A DNA stretch of 64,000 nt from Mayamaea pseudoterrestris (taxonomy: Eukaryota), in the NCBI GenBank assembly GCA_027923505.1, contig BROI01000018.1, positions 620,001 to 684,000 of the forward strand, given 5' to 3'. The notes under the pieces are model-generated. The model was given only the letters and a program-made list of their open reading frames with translations. It was not told the DNA's origin and did not search any database. This document shows, piece by piece, positions 44,809 to 59,271 of this stretch (positions are counted from its first letter, which is position 1; each line of letters starts with the position of its first letter). Both the position numbers and the translations under genes were made by a program.

Positions 44809-45411
44809 GAATTTGCAAGTCCGGGCGACGACGGCGAGCGTCGAGTGACGAATTACATGTTTGTGCTGTTTCGTTTGAGAGAAGTTGTTTCGTTTGAGAG
44901 AAGAGAATATTGATAACTAAAAAATAAAATTTGTTGTAATGAACAGTCGCGTGCTGCTAATTACATTGCAAAGTGATTAGACTATCCTACGCACGTAGCC
45001 AGCATACATACTGCTCAGTAGTTCATAATTTGGATCTCATTGCCGAGTGAACGACATATAGCGATACTTGCTTTGCCACTTTAAAAGAGTGGCTGGCGAC
45101 TGGCAAGTAGTTTTGCAGCCTACAAGAACGTCAACTAACGATTGACACCAAGAGGTAACATTCACGGTTGGTGGGCGAACTAATGTCGCGGATTTGCGCG
45201 CGCATACACTTACCAAGCTATGGGAGTCCCAGAAAGGGTTTAAGCAAGGTAAGGTACGAGGAAGTCATTATCCACCGTGATTTACTGACCGCCAGTTGCG
45301 CCGCATCTAAAAAGCGCAGCGGACCCTTTCCGAATTCATTTTGAGATATGTATTTCTATCATAGAACTTACTAGGTGTCTAGATTTCAACGCTTCACACT
45401 AAACGTTTGTG

Positions 45412-48400
45412 TCAAAGCCACGGCATCCATCCAATATAAAGTTGAATGAGATTCTCGCTGCTCGTTGCTTCTGCAATCATCTTGTGCACTTGGCCGTCCA
45501 CCGACAAAGGAACTAAGTGGGTCAAATCGTCGTCTTCGTTCAATGCCGCCCCACGTAAGTCGCTTCGACGAATTTTTGTCAAATTGGGATTGCGAAGATT
45601 GTAAATGCCTCGGAGTCGTTGCTCAATGACAAGCAGTGACCGTTTCGCCTCTTGCGCTAATCGAGGATCAGACTTTTCGGCGCCTTGCTTCTCGTGTCCT
45701 CGTTGCTGGCTTCGAAGACGCTTCCAGTCAATAATGGGGTCCTTGACGAATGGCTCGAGAACTGACAGCAAAGTGTCGCGGTTATGTCGTAGTACGCGCA
45801 TGGTTTCAAGCAAAGAACAAGTATATACACCGTCTACTCCAGTTGGGCCAAATGCATCGACCATGTTTTGTGTTAGACGAAAAGGGACAGCTTCGGGCTT
45901 TGGTAGCGAAAGGCCTTTGTCAAAGATGCTGATGAAACAGAGGGAATGACAAATCAAACGTTATCAGAGTTGCAGTTGTTGTGAGGTGCAATTATGGCTT
46001 TGCAATAAACGTACCAATCGAAGTCAACATGCACAACTTCTCCCAATGTCATGTCCACCAATATATTCTCAGAGTGACGATCGCCAAGCCCAATCACATG
46101 GCCAACGCCAGACCAGATAGCCGCGCTCATTGTAAATCGTGTTCGAGCCTCGTACCACGAATGAGGATCAGGGAAATGCTGGACAAACCACCAATACAAG
46201 AGCGGTGGAAAAGGTTTCAAACATAATTCCTCGAATAATGTAGCGGCTCGTCGAAGGTCACCATGCTCAAAAAACATGGCCTGACACTTTTTCTCGTAGT
46301 TTGATTTCAGCATCGGGTCACCAAATGTAGCTGCACGCAGTCCTCTTCGTTTAGCGGAGAAGGGTGATGCTTGCGGATTGTAAGACGCTGAGATGAGACT
46401 GCGCAGCGGTGCGGTCTCTGGAACCCATTCGAGAATGCCCGTGTCTTCGCTTAGACAGGTCACAGCATATGTCCGAAGGCGAAGCCGGCGACTATTCACC
46501 GACGCACCTTTGTCTAGAGTCGAGGTTGTCACAAGACGATTGATCACGTTGCAAAAATCCTGCACTCTAGCGTCCTTTCTGAGATCTCCACGAACTTCTT
46601 GCTTCACCAAAAAGTGGATCTCGCCAATGTCAATCGACTGGCGAGACGCTTTGTCGGTAACTTGAGCAGGCAAACGATAAGTATCAGCGGAAATTACATA
46701 AATCTTCAACTTTTTTGGGCGTGCCTTTGAACCCATGATAGTGACATCTGGACAAACAGCTCGCATTCGTGGCACTTGCCGAGGGAATGACTCGTGATAA
46801 GCACCTGATGCGCTTGTCGAAAATGACACCGAAAGTGCTGCCTGGACCGGTGGAATAAAATCCGTCAGCAGCACTGTTCCTTTCCAAGGTTTGATGGTTG
46901 TTTTTTGCGTCGATGTGTCCACGGTTTTTGAAGTTGCAAGGTTGTGAAAATACATGAATAAGCTTTTCGACTCGACAAGAACCTTGTGCCTGTGTATGTT
47001 GAGAGCGCCGCCAATCTTCATGAGGCTTTGCTCCGCCTGCTGAAAAATCTCTTCGCCAATCTTTTTGCGATCCTCGAGTTGTGATTGTCGAAGCCAGCCC
47101 AAATGCCACATTGCCTGCTCGGGGTGCTTTGAAAGGATGCGACACAAGACGACCCTGACCAACTTCTCCGTGTCTTTGCAGTCGTGAGTCACTTGTGATA
47201 CCAGCTGGGGAATTGCTGTGTAGAAAGCACGGGGTGGAATCATCTTGTATTCTCTAGCAATGAAGGCGTTCATCTCCTCCTGCGCCATCAGAAGAGTTTT
47301 CGAGTCTGACTGCCCATCATCTGAGGTCGATAAAGCGGTGAAATCGAACCAAAGCGAAAGTAGCCGGGGCAGAGCCTGATAAACATGCTGCGTGTCTAAC
47401 TTTAATGCTTCGACGTAAAAATGGATTGCGACCAAGATATGGCGGTGGCTTGCTTTGTCGTCTCCAAGACACAGGCGCCGGGCAGTCTCTTCGTCTAGTC
47501 CAAAAAATTTGTGGGGGAATCGAAGACGAATTGCTTCAAGCCGTGTTTCAAGCATTGAATCAACGTATTTCGCGTAATGAAATTGACCTTCCTCCCATTT
47601 TGGCGAGAGCCGATGTAAAATCATGAATCGGTCTTTAATTTGAACAGTGTCTTTCAAACCTCCATCAACCATCCATTGCGTTGTTTGCAGGAGAGATTGT
47701 GAGTACATCTTGATCATCTCGGCATCTGTAAGGCTGTGCCCCTCTGAACCTTTTAATAAGCTCGTGGTGAATCGGACAGCCGCGCGTTGCAATGTTTGTA
47801 ATGATCCATTAGCAAGTTTTTCCTCGTCGTCAAGATGAAAGAGCCGAAGAGCTCCACCACTTTCTCCGCAGTCATATTTCAGCTTTGCCATCTCCAATTG
47901 GAGAGTAAATTGCTGAGCAGCTGTTGACATGGAAACTAGAGCCCTTTCCGCCTGAGCAAAACTGCTAGCAGCAATGCTTTGTCGTGATACTTTTCGAGCT
48001 CGCGTTCCAAGATTCAAAAACAACAATCCTTCCATAGCTCGGTCATCTGCTAGCCGCGAGAGGGCAAGCCGAGTTTTTATGACTTTAGATGCGCCTTTTG
48101 ACGACACAACGTCCAGTCGGCCTTTCCATTCCCATTCACGAGAATGAACTTCGAGGTCGACAGGTACTTCGGAGCAAAGTAGGTCAAGTGAGTCTTCAAT
48201 CTCGCGAAGGTAATGAAGATCGACTATGTGGTTGTATGCCCGAGAGTAGCTCTCCCTTGCTACGCTGGAGAGCCCTACCATAATTGCAGTTCGTGCCCTT
48301 ACCAGTTCTGCGTGGACATGATCTGGGTTTTGACGCTTTAGTCCCAACATGATGCTCCCAAGCGATGTCTGAAAGTCTAATTCAGGTCTTCTCCGAACTT

Positions 48401-51400
48401 TTGTCGACTCTTGCGTAACTAATTCGGCTAGGGTCTCCCAACGTCCAAGTCTCCAAGACGCTTCGATCGCCAGAGGAAGCGTATCATTCGTTGGTAAAAC
48501 AGACGTTGTGCTCACTCCATTGTTTGATAGGCATGCTAAACCCCTTGCCTGATTCAAAACACTTTCATAGTGTCCGAGCTCTAGTAGACATCTCAAAGAG
48601 CCTGCCTGTAGCTTTTGATCCGGTCCATGGATATGCTGTGCGTGCTCATAATCTAGCAGTGCTCCTTCCCAGTCGTTTGCAGCCTCTTTTAATTTAATGC
48701 TGTCATACAGTCGTAACTCAGGGTCTAGACACGAATAATCATCAACCAGCGTAGCCATCGTATCGTAATCATACAACTCCGCCAATACATCTTTCATTAA
48801 ATTCAAGTCTTGAGAATTGCTAACTCCTGCCGCTCTTGATCGTTTATTAATTGCCATTGCTTGATCCTTGTTTTGTGACGAGTCAAAAATCACCGAAGAA
48901 CATGTTTTTCTAGCTGCAATCTCCAGTAATCGCAAGGCGCCGGCATGCATTCCAACTCTCGCAGCTGCCTGAGCTCGAAGCGAGAGTGGCAACGCTTTAA
49001 AAAGGTCCTCCATTCGAATTAGCGTCGAATCGCGAGGCCAATCATCACTTAAAGCCTCCGCCGCCTTGGTCATATTGCGCCCTCGTGACCGATGTTTGCG
49101 CTCGGTTTCGTCGTTATACCAATGCTCTAAAGTGGCTATCAGCTTAAATACAGTGTTAACAGCTTTTTGCCGCTCAGACGCGTCCATCTCGACTCCCACA
49201 TCAAAGTTCAAAGCTGATGTAAGCTCATTTATTATGTCTCGTTCGTCTTGCGACTTTCCGAAGCATAGGCGCTCCAGGACAAGTAATGGCAAAAGCGTTT
49301 CGCCGACATTCAGTCCGGCATCTGACCGCATAACAATCTTACACGCAGAGAAGAGCTCGATCCAAGGCGTGCGCTTCCCCCGTTTTGCGCATACAATCAT
49401 ATATCGACACCAATTAGCCATCCAGCCGCTGTAGGATTTCGAAGTTTTAAAAAAAGGAGGTTTTCTTCCTACAATTTTGTCGCTCGTCTCGCAATATTCT
49501 GTATACCAGAAAGGGTCAACAACATCCAGCACTCCAGCTTGAGCCAGTTTAGAGGTAAGGACCTTGCTCATCGACTTCTTTTCCAAACCCTTTGCCGCCA
49601 GCTTCTCGGAGTTCGCTGGGTTGTCATGTTCGGTGTAGTAGGAATCAAGTAAGACGAGAAGCTGCTGGATCGTATATGCTATTTTGTTTTGGTCGGTTGA
49701 TGTTGTGGCAGCTTTCAAACCAACAACAAGGTCACACGTTACCAAAATTAATTCGTACTGCGCGGCACTTGACCGCCACGGAGGTAATGCTCGTTTGCTA
49801 GTCGCAGGTGCGGCGCCAGACATGCTTCGTGCAGCTTTAGTTTTCGTCTCGTCAAGCCGACTCGGATCAACAGCGCCGACTTCGCCAAGACAGACCGCGA
49901 GAAGAAGTCGTGCGTTCAAATCTGTTTCGTCGGTGCATCGAAAGCGAAGCGTGTCGATCAAATCTACCACCACGCCCCGAGAACGTCCCCGCTCGTCATA
50001 CGCGACCGTCAAGTACCGTCCCATAGATGCCGTGCCTTCGTTGTCAATCAGCAAGCGGAAGAGCTCACGGTTTGCTCTCAGCAGAGCCGACACATGCTGC
50101 AAAGAGACTTTGCGGATGCTAAGGTTTTCGCTTTGAAGTAATGGCCGAACAATCGTTAAACGACGACGCAATGCTTCTTGTTTATTAGTCATGTCAAGCA
50201 GACGATCCACGCTTGTGGAACCGTCGCTTGTCAAGCTATTACGATGATGAACATTTTGAATACCTTCCTCCGCAGATGTCTGCAAACAATCAAAATCAAG
50301 TCCAGCCATCCTCAAGTTCGTGCGCACGCCATTCAGCTTTTCAGAAATTGGTAAAAAAGGAACCTCAATAAAGCGAGCAGCAAGTTTCTTCCCCAGTTCA
50401 CCCTGCGTGAGCCACTCTAGAAGCGCGAGCGCAGCGTCACGAGCGTCGTCTATGTGGCTTGTCTCGTCGTGCAAACGATCCAATTCGTTTCTTGACAAGA
50501 TTGGGATTAACGACACCACAATGGTAGCCAAATTTTGATCAAGCGTCTCCCAGTGATGGCGCGCAATCAACCGGACAAACTGTGATAGAATCTCAAGAGA
50601 TCGCAAAATTAACCGCGGTGCTCCTGGCCTACCCTCCGCGTCCGTAATTGCGGCGTTTACCGTAGACATAATCTGCGGTATGTATTGCGACGAATCCGAA
50701 TGTGGCAGGTACGTGAGCATTACGGAGAGACAGTTTAGGGACTGAAGGCGTTCGATCGTCGACTTGCTTGCCCAATCATGCTGGACAATGTTTACCATGA
50801 GATACATGAAATGGCGAGACATCGTGTCGGAGACTACTTTGTCATCGTTTGTCGTTGTAAGCTTTGCCACGGCTAACAGTGGAAACTTCAATTCCAATGC
50901 ATCATGTTTTTGAGCGAGGGCGGCGACGCGAATTGCCTCAGCAGCACGATCCGACCATTGCGGAAGACCAAGCTGCCAAACAAGATTTTTGAACACCACC
51001 GTTTCACGCTCCTTCATGATAACGGGCAGTTGCAAGGTGTCTTGAAGAACCATCTTCATGAAAAATAGAAGCTCTGCTTGTCCTCCTCTCACAAAGACAG
51101 TTGCAAGAATTGGCTCCGTAATGTAATGGGCGAGACTTAATCGTCGAGTCTCGTCCTCCAAGTTTGAGCCCCAAACCCTTTTTGTCGCCTTTCGATCGCT
51201 TAATGTTCCGGAGATGCGATCGGCTGACAAGTCGGTCTTGCTTTGAATATTGTAAATCTCGGATCGCGCACAAGCTTTATCGTCGTGACGAGACAGGTGC
51301 ATTATAAAAATCTTAAACTCGGTCGTCAATCTGAGTGCATCGTATTCCTTTTCGATAACAAATTGGGACATCAGCGATGGCAGCATGACATCGAAAAATT

Positions 51401-54400
51401 TGAGTAAATAGGACAAACTGGTAAAAGAGGCAATCCTGCTATTTGAAATTGTCGGCATTACGAACCACTCTATTAACGTGCTCAACAAATGATAATTTTG
51501 CAAACGACGAGTAACGGGTATGCTTTCAATAGCAATGGACCGACGACTTGGCTCAACCTCGAATCCGGAAGAAGGAACGAGTAAGTTGTATAATATTTCG
51601 GGCATGAATGTTTTAAGATACGGTTGCAGGAGCTTTGGGAGTTCCACGCGATTTCGTGCCCACTCGAGCGCAGCGAGGCAAAGTCCCCGCATCTGCAAAG
51701 GTACTGGACTGCCATCCCCGCTCGAGAGACTGAACAATCGTTTCGAGACATTTTCGAACACAAGCAACATGCTTTCGTTCGACGACAGCTGTCCCACTGT
51801 ACATAATGCTGCGAGTGACCGCGTCGCCGCCCGCTGACACTCTAAAATTTCACGTGGGCGTCTCATCGGCCCCTTCTGTCGACTCTTCACGCTGGAGGAC
51901 CTCATCGTAGACGAGAGAAGGACTTGTGGGACTGACGCATGCTCGTGGAGTAGGTGATCAATTTGCTGCAATAAGGCTTCAGCTTTCTGACCAGCTGGTG
52001 GACGTGAATTCCAAACGCCAGCGCTGTGCGCAACGTCACTTTCAACTTCGTCGTGCTCCAGCAACAGCGTCGACAATACACATCCTTTCGCAAATAGCAT
52101 TAGCCCACCAATCTCGCAACTGGCAAAATCTCGAATAGTAGAGTTCGTGTCAGCCAACGCTATCGACAGTATGCCACGTAGCAGCTCACGGCGGACATTT
52201 AGCGACGGGCATTCGCGACAAATATCACGGGGATCCGTGCAAAGCAAGAGCCAGGCGAGGCTTTGCCACCACAGCAGACGTATAGACGGGTTGTCATGGG
52301 AATGCGCCATCGACTGAGTGACCCAGACCATTGTTCTTCGCTGAACAAGTGGCAATGAAGCTTCATCGCCGACTGTCTCAACGGATCCAGTACCAATCTC
52401 CATAAATGAAAGACGTTCCATTTGAAGTTCAATGCTCCCAGAAATTGAACCAAGTAAAAATTCGGCCTTTAGCAAATGTATCAATGTAGCCGACATGTGG
52501 TTCCATGCAATTACCAGACTAAAACCTGGAAACAAGGCGATGCTAGCCTCAGCAGTTCCGTGTGACACCGACAATGCTCTGACAGCCTCCAACGACAAAG
52601 GACAGTGCATGAGAGCAGGTGCTCCGTCCAACGAGTCTTTCCAAGCTGCCTTCAAGCATAGATGTCGCACTTGCTTGACAAAAATGTCTAACAGGGGGTG
52701 CATGATTGCCAGGGATCCAATGTAAGCTCCACAGTCGACACAAACAGATACGCAAGCAGAGCATGTGCTCGTGCAACTCTTAAGTAAGTTACAAAAGGCA
52801 ACCATTGACTCAAGCAAGAGTGATAAAAGCGCTGCAAGTCCACAAGGATCATTATCTCGACCACCCAGGTCGACGTGGGAAACTAGCAGACGAATGGCAC
52901 TTGAAACCGCCATGGCATCAGAAATACAGTCAGATGATAGCGTTCCAGTAGTTTCTGCGCAAAGTCGAATCGCTGCTGGACGTGCAGTTGCTGTCAGAAA
53001 AGTCGAAATCTGATCCTCAAGGCAATCACCAAAGCTAAAATCCACTAGCGATCCATCTTCCGATGCCGACAACATTTCCAACTTTTGTCGCTTAACAGAC
53101 GAGTTTCCATTTACTGGATCTCTCTTCCTGTTGCTGCTAGTAGCTTCAGTCTTTGCGTCGCCATTGTTCCAAGTAGAATTGCCTCGTGAAGTTGCCAGCA
53201 CAGCTTGCACGCGAGTTTCAATGGCGATCAAATGTCCTTGTTCGAGCCAAGCCGTAATAATCCGCCAAGCTCCATGACCAAGGATTGGATCTTTTAGCCA
53301 GCACACTAGTTTGTTAAAAAAGATTTTTGTGCCGCCACTGGTATATTGTGCAGACGGCGAGGGTAACGAAGGGAATACTAGTTGGTCGCCAGCAAATAAT
53401 CGTCCCTTCAAGGCTGGCTCGAGCAGCACTCCCTTGTGCAGGACAGCAAGACACGTGCCAACTAATTGCACTGACTCTCCATCACTTGTCGCCAAAAGAC
53501 GTCCCTGGTCGTCGACTTGGAAAGGCGGAGAGGACTTTGCAGAAGATGAAGGATGCCGATGCGTCGAGCAGCACCATGATGACGACGACAGTGCCTGCAA
53601 AACGACCGGCCATACAGCCAATCGAATCATTCTCGGCGACTGCGCGTCCACTATGCATGACTTGTCGCGTATCTTATTCGGCATCAGGAGTATATTTTTG
53701 ATCAAAAGTTGCTCAAGTAGCTTGGACATTTCATTCTCTTCGCTACTGCAACGTTCCTCTGGCGTGGATTGCTCTTTCAAATATTCGTGCGTTGCTTTTG
53801 CGACAACCGCCGCCACTTGACACGAGAGTCGTAAATTGCTGTGTATCGACAGCAGCTGTTGTTTGTATTCAAATATTCTCGATAGTAATTGTAGCGCCCA
53901 AAGTTTTCCTTGCGTTACAAGCACTCGTCCCTTCTTATCGGCCGAGGCAAAGTGACAATTCGTTGTCGTCCATTCAATGATGCGCAAGCAAGTATTTACA
54001 TTCGACGGCGTAAGCAGTGGTTCAACAAAGCATTTATGTTCATCACTGGAAACTAGATGACCAACATCGTGTAAACTCCCTGCTCGAACCAGCGCCAGTC
54101 GTCGCAGGTAATGATTCATCAAGTGAAAGCTTGCCGCTTGCCATGCCCGCGCTTGTTCGAGCGAGCCAATGGACAATGACACTGGTGTTCTAGTAGTAGC
54201 GTGATTCGAAGCAGCATCAGTAGCAGTTGGAATGAGTGAAACATTGAGTTGAACCGTTCCAATCGTATCCGGAGCTGACGACGACACGTAGACGCTTACT
54301 ACCGTCGTGGCATCTAGCAATAGTCTTGTCAAGGAGAGCGTAATGCTTGCATGTATCGAGGCTTCCGGGATCAGCAGCAGTAGCGTCGTAATTGTATGAA

Positions 54401-55138
54401 TAATAGTGTCATGCAGTGAAGTGCTGATTGTTGAGTTGCCATCACTGTTGATTGTTGCGTGCGATGTTGAAACGCCAACTTGATTCGCAATGACATTCTT
54501 GGAAATTAGATGTTCCATGAGCGCAAAGACTCGAGGCATGACTTTGAGTATAAAGTGATAGACAATCATAGTTTGAGTATAACAGGCCATGCATGAAATA
54601 CCGAGGCGTCGTGACAAAATGTACATTGACGCCTAGCACACGCTATCGACGCACCTTCAGTTCCTTGCCGTCCTAGATCGAGTAACTTTGGTGCTTCCGG
54701 GCAGAATCCTCCTCGACAAACAGATTCATAAAAGTCGCAAACATGCTTGATATTTTCCAGCGATGGATGATTGGAAGCTCGATAGGTTTCGTCAATCTTT
54801 GGAAGCAACAAGCGGAGTGAATCGATGGCACTCTGACAGTGTTTTCGTTGCTCAAAGTCGTCTTGTCTGGAAGCAAAGTTTTCGAGATGCTTCTGACTCT
54901 TGCTGCTACTACTATGGGAGCGTCCATGCTTGTCGCAAGCCTTGGAAAGGTTGATGAGGAGCGAATCGGCGAGTGATACTGCAGCCGCTGGAGCTGCGGA
55001 ATGGTTGCGTTGCTGCGGCTGCAAATTGTTTGACGTCGCTATCGGCCCCACTATATTGATTCCTTCATCTTGCCCTGCGGTTTGTTCATTGCGGCGTCGC
55101 TTTGATACACGAAGATTATCTGCCTTTGGAGAGCTCAT
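45412..55138 (-). CDS. ATR: ATR/Mec1 PIKK kinase (HEAT, UME, FAT, kinase, FATC); exons about 55138-54625, 54541-46015, 45928-45412
   Basis: CLGEVGAVDP, YQALPRLLSLWFDF, SKARPKK, DLRKDARV, RLRTYAVTCL.EDTGILEWV, GLGDRHSENIL, spliced HVDFDCIFDKG...PEAVPFRLTQNM and FATC LYIGWMPWL. The donor site of the first intron is ambiguous. Confidence 0.96.
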
Positions 55139-56887
55139 TGTGTATTGCTGCTGCTATGATCTATGATTCAAATTGGATGATCGCCACGAATTTCACTTGC
55201 AGAGTTTTGGTGCGACTGGAACAGGGAAGGATTAATCATGAAAACATCATTCCAGGCAATAGTAGAAAACAAGCCCGCAGTGAATACTAGTCAGAAGGCT
55301 ACCGTAGTGCAGGAACGAAAGGGAGTGAAAACGCGTCATCAAGGAATCGTGCTATTACCGCTAAGACAAATCCGTTCGTACTCGTCGTTTCGCTTTTGTT
55401 CCTTTGTTCCCTCTGGTTGACGACGACGAACTGATGCCATCGTTCCAAGTAAAGCTCGATAAGATACAAATTTTATTGTACTTTCGAGTCTGATCTTGTT
55501 GGATGCTTTTTACATTGCAAACAGCAGCAGCAGCAGGAGACGTTGATCAGAACAACAAACACTCGACACTCGACACTCGACTACTGAATGCTTCACGGCA
55601 CTATCGACTACACAATCATCATCGTCATCCAAAACTTCTTCGCTATTCAGTCCCTGCGAGATTTTATGCTTCTGAAAAATCCTTGCAAACGACGGATTCC
55701 ATGATCTTGCCTCCTTGGTTCGAACCGTTGGCAGTAACGACATTTTTGGAGCCTTCTGTCTCCGTTTTTGCCAGACCAAAAAACCAAGTGCAATACCTTT
55801 GAATAAGCCATGCCAGGAATTCCTGTTGCTCCAAGCAATCTATAGTTACGAGCGCTTCAGTTGATGCGCGAAAAGACTGTACTGCAAAAGTACTTTCACG
55901 CAAAACTGATCAAGCAAGCACAGCTAGACTTGGCGGAGGATCGGCCAATGCTGCCACAACGCTATGTGAGACCAATCAGATCATGCAACAGCCTGTGTCT
56001 CTTGGCCAGTACCGGTAGTCGAGTGATTGGGTGCGCTTGGATCCGTCAATTAATTCATTCTATTAGGAGGGACAGTCTAGGCCTAGTCAGCCTACAGCCT
56101 ACGACTGCACGGCTCGAGTCAAAGTCGTTACGTCATTGGATCCAATCAAGAGCATTCGCGACAGTGCCACTTGCGTTTATTTGATCAAGCCATCCAAGAT
56201 TGGCTTTTTGACGCTCTCCGTCTTTCAAGCGCTCCACTATAATGAATTGAGTGCCATGGACCTAATGAAACGTTGCTGCCAGCGTTTTGCGACTAAGGCG
56301 AGGTACAACTTGGTGATGATTTGGAAGCACCAGCCTTTCGAGTAGTTTTAGCGCTTGCCAACATCAAGCGGGCACTCCTGCAGCAAAAGTAAGATCATGT
56401 ACTCATGTCAGGGTCGGACACTTCAATCTTTTGCTTGGGCAAACCAAAGGATGCGATGCATTTAAAAACGAGTTTGTCAAAGACAACAGACATGGAATGG
56501 ATGTACTCGCGAGTGATCTTATCTATCAGCCTGATCGAGAGTAGTTCAAGCAACCATGTCTTGTAAAATTGAGCTTGCATGGTCACATAGAAGGACGGGG
56601 CGCATATAGTACAGTAGCCACTGAACGCGTCACTGTCACACACCCGAGAAGATAAGCTACCTCTTGTTGACATTAAGTGTATGTACTCGTAGCAACGAGT
56701 GAAAGAAAGTTCTAGGCAACTTTGCGCTAGCTGCCGCGCCATCGCGGCATGAACTTTAGCTACCCTAGAGATAAGGATACGTGACGCAACGATGTTGAAC
56801 GTGAGCCGTGCGCGATCTTTTTCACCTGCCGATCTCAGGACGACCATGCTGCAGCTGCAGTTGCCTCACCAACGAAGCACATCGACC

Positions 56888-57864
56888 ATGAAGATTGCCG
56901 CATCCCTCCTTGTTTTCGCTGGCTCTGCCGCAGCCTTTGCTCCCGCAGCTTCATCAAGCCGCAGCAACAGAGACGTGGCCTTGAATGCTGCCGAACGATC
57001 GCAATCAATGCCATTCATGAACCGTCCAGCACTTGTACGTCTTGATGGTCGTTGCGTAATTAGCGAGTGAATTGAATCAAATGCTTACAATTGGATAAAG
57101 GAGTTCTCTTGGCAGAGCTTTCATTCGAGCTACTGCTGCAATAAAACTTGCCGGACGCAATGTCAAGGATGTAGTTCATCGCTCTCATTGCCGTCACACT
57201 CACCTCTTTCTTTCACCTTTCCGCACCTTTGCAGCTCGACGGAAGCATGGCAGGAGATGTTGGCTTTGATCCTCTCGGTCTTTCCAACATCAACGACGTT
57301 GGAATTGATCTATACTGGCTGCGCGAGGCGGAACTGAAGCATTGTCGTTTGGTACGTGCTGCTGCATTCGTCTTGCAATCATTCATCCACTTTCACGTCG
57401 TTCCTTCACTCATATCAACTCACCCTCTCGTCAACTTACTTTTCTATTCTATACAGGCTATGCTTGCCGTCCTTGGTTTCGTCGAGGTTGAAATCTTTGG
57501 ACCGGCACCTGGCAATGAAATGGCCACGGCCAAGAACCAAATGGACGCCTTTTGGCAGTTTTGGAATGCTCATCCCCAATACATTGCCTTTGGCCTCATT
57601 ATGATTGCTATTGCCGAAACCGTTTCGGGCATTGCCACGACTACGGGCCGCGAGTCTGGCATGCGCGAGCCAGGTAACTTTGGATTCGATCCGCTCAGCT
57701 TCTCCAAGGGCGACCCTGCCAAGTATGAACGATTGAAGCTTTCAGAAGTCAAGAATGGACGTCTCGCCATGTGGGCCGCCGCAGGATTGATCCTTCAAGG
57801 TTGCACGACGGGACATGGTGGAGTGGAAAACATGGTGCAAGCGCTTTCGGATAATTCTTTCTAA
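56888..57864 (+). CDS. LHCR: Light-harvesting fucoxanthin-chlorophyll protein, Lhcr type; exons 56888-57034, 57235-57351, 57457-57864
   Basis: Presequence AAA-FAP, plus [48 protein letters not shown] and EVKNGRLAM. Confidence 0.96.
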
Positions 57865-58113
57865 AAGTTCTTTGCGTTGATGCACCCGCACGCAAAAACC
57901 TTGAGCAAGTACGTTTCCTGCTCGAGCGAAAGATAGCCATTCCTTTTACACTACGCTAGTAAAGAGTACACATTGTGGCACGTACGTCTAGCAAATTTCT
58001 GCGATGAAACGCTAACGTATATAGTACCATGATTTCGCCGACGCGGCTTGAGAGTCCTCCCACTCGAAACATGGCGGATTCCTCTCCACATCCACTCACG
58101 CTCATCATGCAAG

Positions 58114-59271
58114 CTACTGGTCCAAGGCATCGCCCCGCTTGTCGCCCTCCCACTTGTAAAAACCTTGACCACTCTTGCGTCCCAAGTGTCCTTTCGTCAC
58201 GAGCTGTTCCAAGCAGTTTGGAACGACAAAGGCAGGTTCGTCCGGGTACTTGGTCACCCATCCCTTGACAATGTAGAGACAGGTATCCAATCCTATATAG
58301 TCCGCCAAATGCAATGGCCCCATTGGATGTCCCGCTCCAAGCTGCATGGAAATGTCAATATCGTGAATAGATGCATCGTTGCGATCGACCATGAGCATGG
58401 CCTGCATGAGACTCGGCACAAGGAGTCGATTGACAATGAAACCGGGCGTGTCGTTGCAGCGTACGGCAACCTTGCCAATGTCAGATACCCAATTGAACGC
58501 CTTTTCGAAGACTGCCGGATCAGTTTCCTTGGTGCGAATGACTTCGACTAGTTTCATGAGTTGTACTGGGTTGCTGTGTGGTGCGTGATTGTGGAGAATG
58601 AAAATGTGAAATGTGAATGAACCATGTGTGAGCGACGAATGAATTCATGCAGCCGCTAGAGCTCCGACATTATGCAACGAGTGCTCGCTCGTATCAATCA
58701 AACATTATGCATTCCTATCATGTCCTTTTGTTACGTACAAAAAGTGAACGCCACAAAAGTTTCGCGGCCGACCGGAAAAGGCTGCCATTTCGGTGATACT
58801 CAGCGAGGACGTATTAGACGCGAAGATAGTTTCCGGCTTGCAAATGTTTCCAAGCTTGCCGTACAAATCCCGTTTCAAGTCCATGTTTTCAATGACAGCT
58901 TCAACGATGAAATCAGCGTCGGCCAAGGCATCAAAGTCCGTCGTGAATTGAATATTCGACAAGACTTGCGTCGCCGCGTCTTGCGACATTTTTTGTTTCT
59001 GAACCAACTTGTCAATGCTCTTCTCAATTCTAGACTTTCCCGACTCCAGATACTTGAGCTCGGGTTCAAACGCGACGACCGTGTCGTGCTTGCCACTGCT
59101 GGCTGCTACTTGAGCAATTCCGTGGCCCATCAATCCCAATCCAACGACTCCAACCTTGCTGAAGGAAGATGACGAGAGTGAAGGACTACTGCTGCTACTA
59201 AAGCTGCTCGTTAAGGCTCGACGCATCATGCTGCTGCTACGCGAGAGCGAGTGAAACGAAAGGGCCGCCAT
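58114..59271 (-). CDS. HADH: Mitochondrial 3-hydroxyacyl-CoA dehydrogenase; exons 59271-58739, 58573-58114
   Basis: GLGLMGHGIAQVAA, EAVIEN, FASNTSSLSI, spliced GVHFFNPVQLMKLVE, DTPGFIVNRLL, GAGHPMGP and LGRKSGQGFY. The presequence is Ser/Arg-rich. Confidence 0.96.

Noticed and set aside
55500..56700. Possible decayed gene or retroelement on the minus strand
   Set aside because: Protein-like stretches are broken by many stops, and no diagnostic RT, integrase or transposase motif is visible.
10021..59271. Lipid-metabolism gene cluster (MLYCD, carnitine carrier, DGD, HADH)
   Set aside because: The genes are about 6-25 kb apart and interspersed with unrelated genes, which is compatible with chance.
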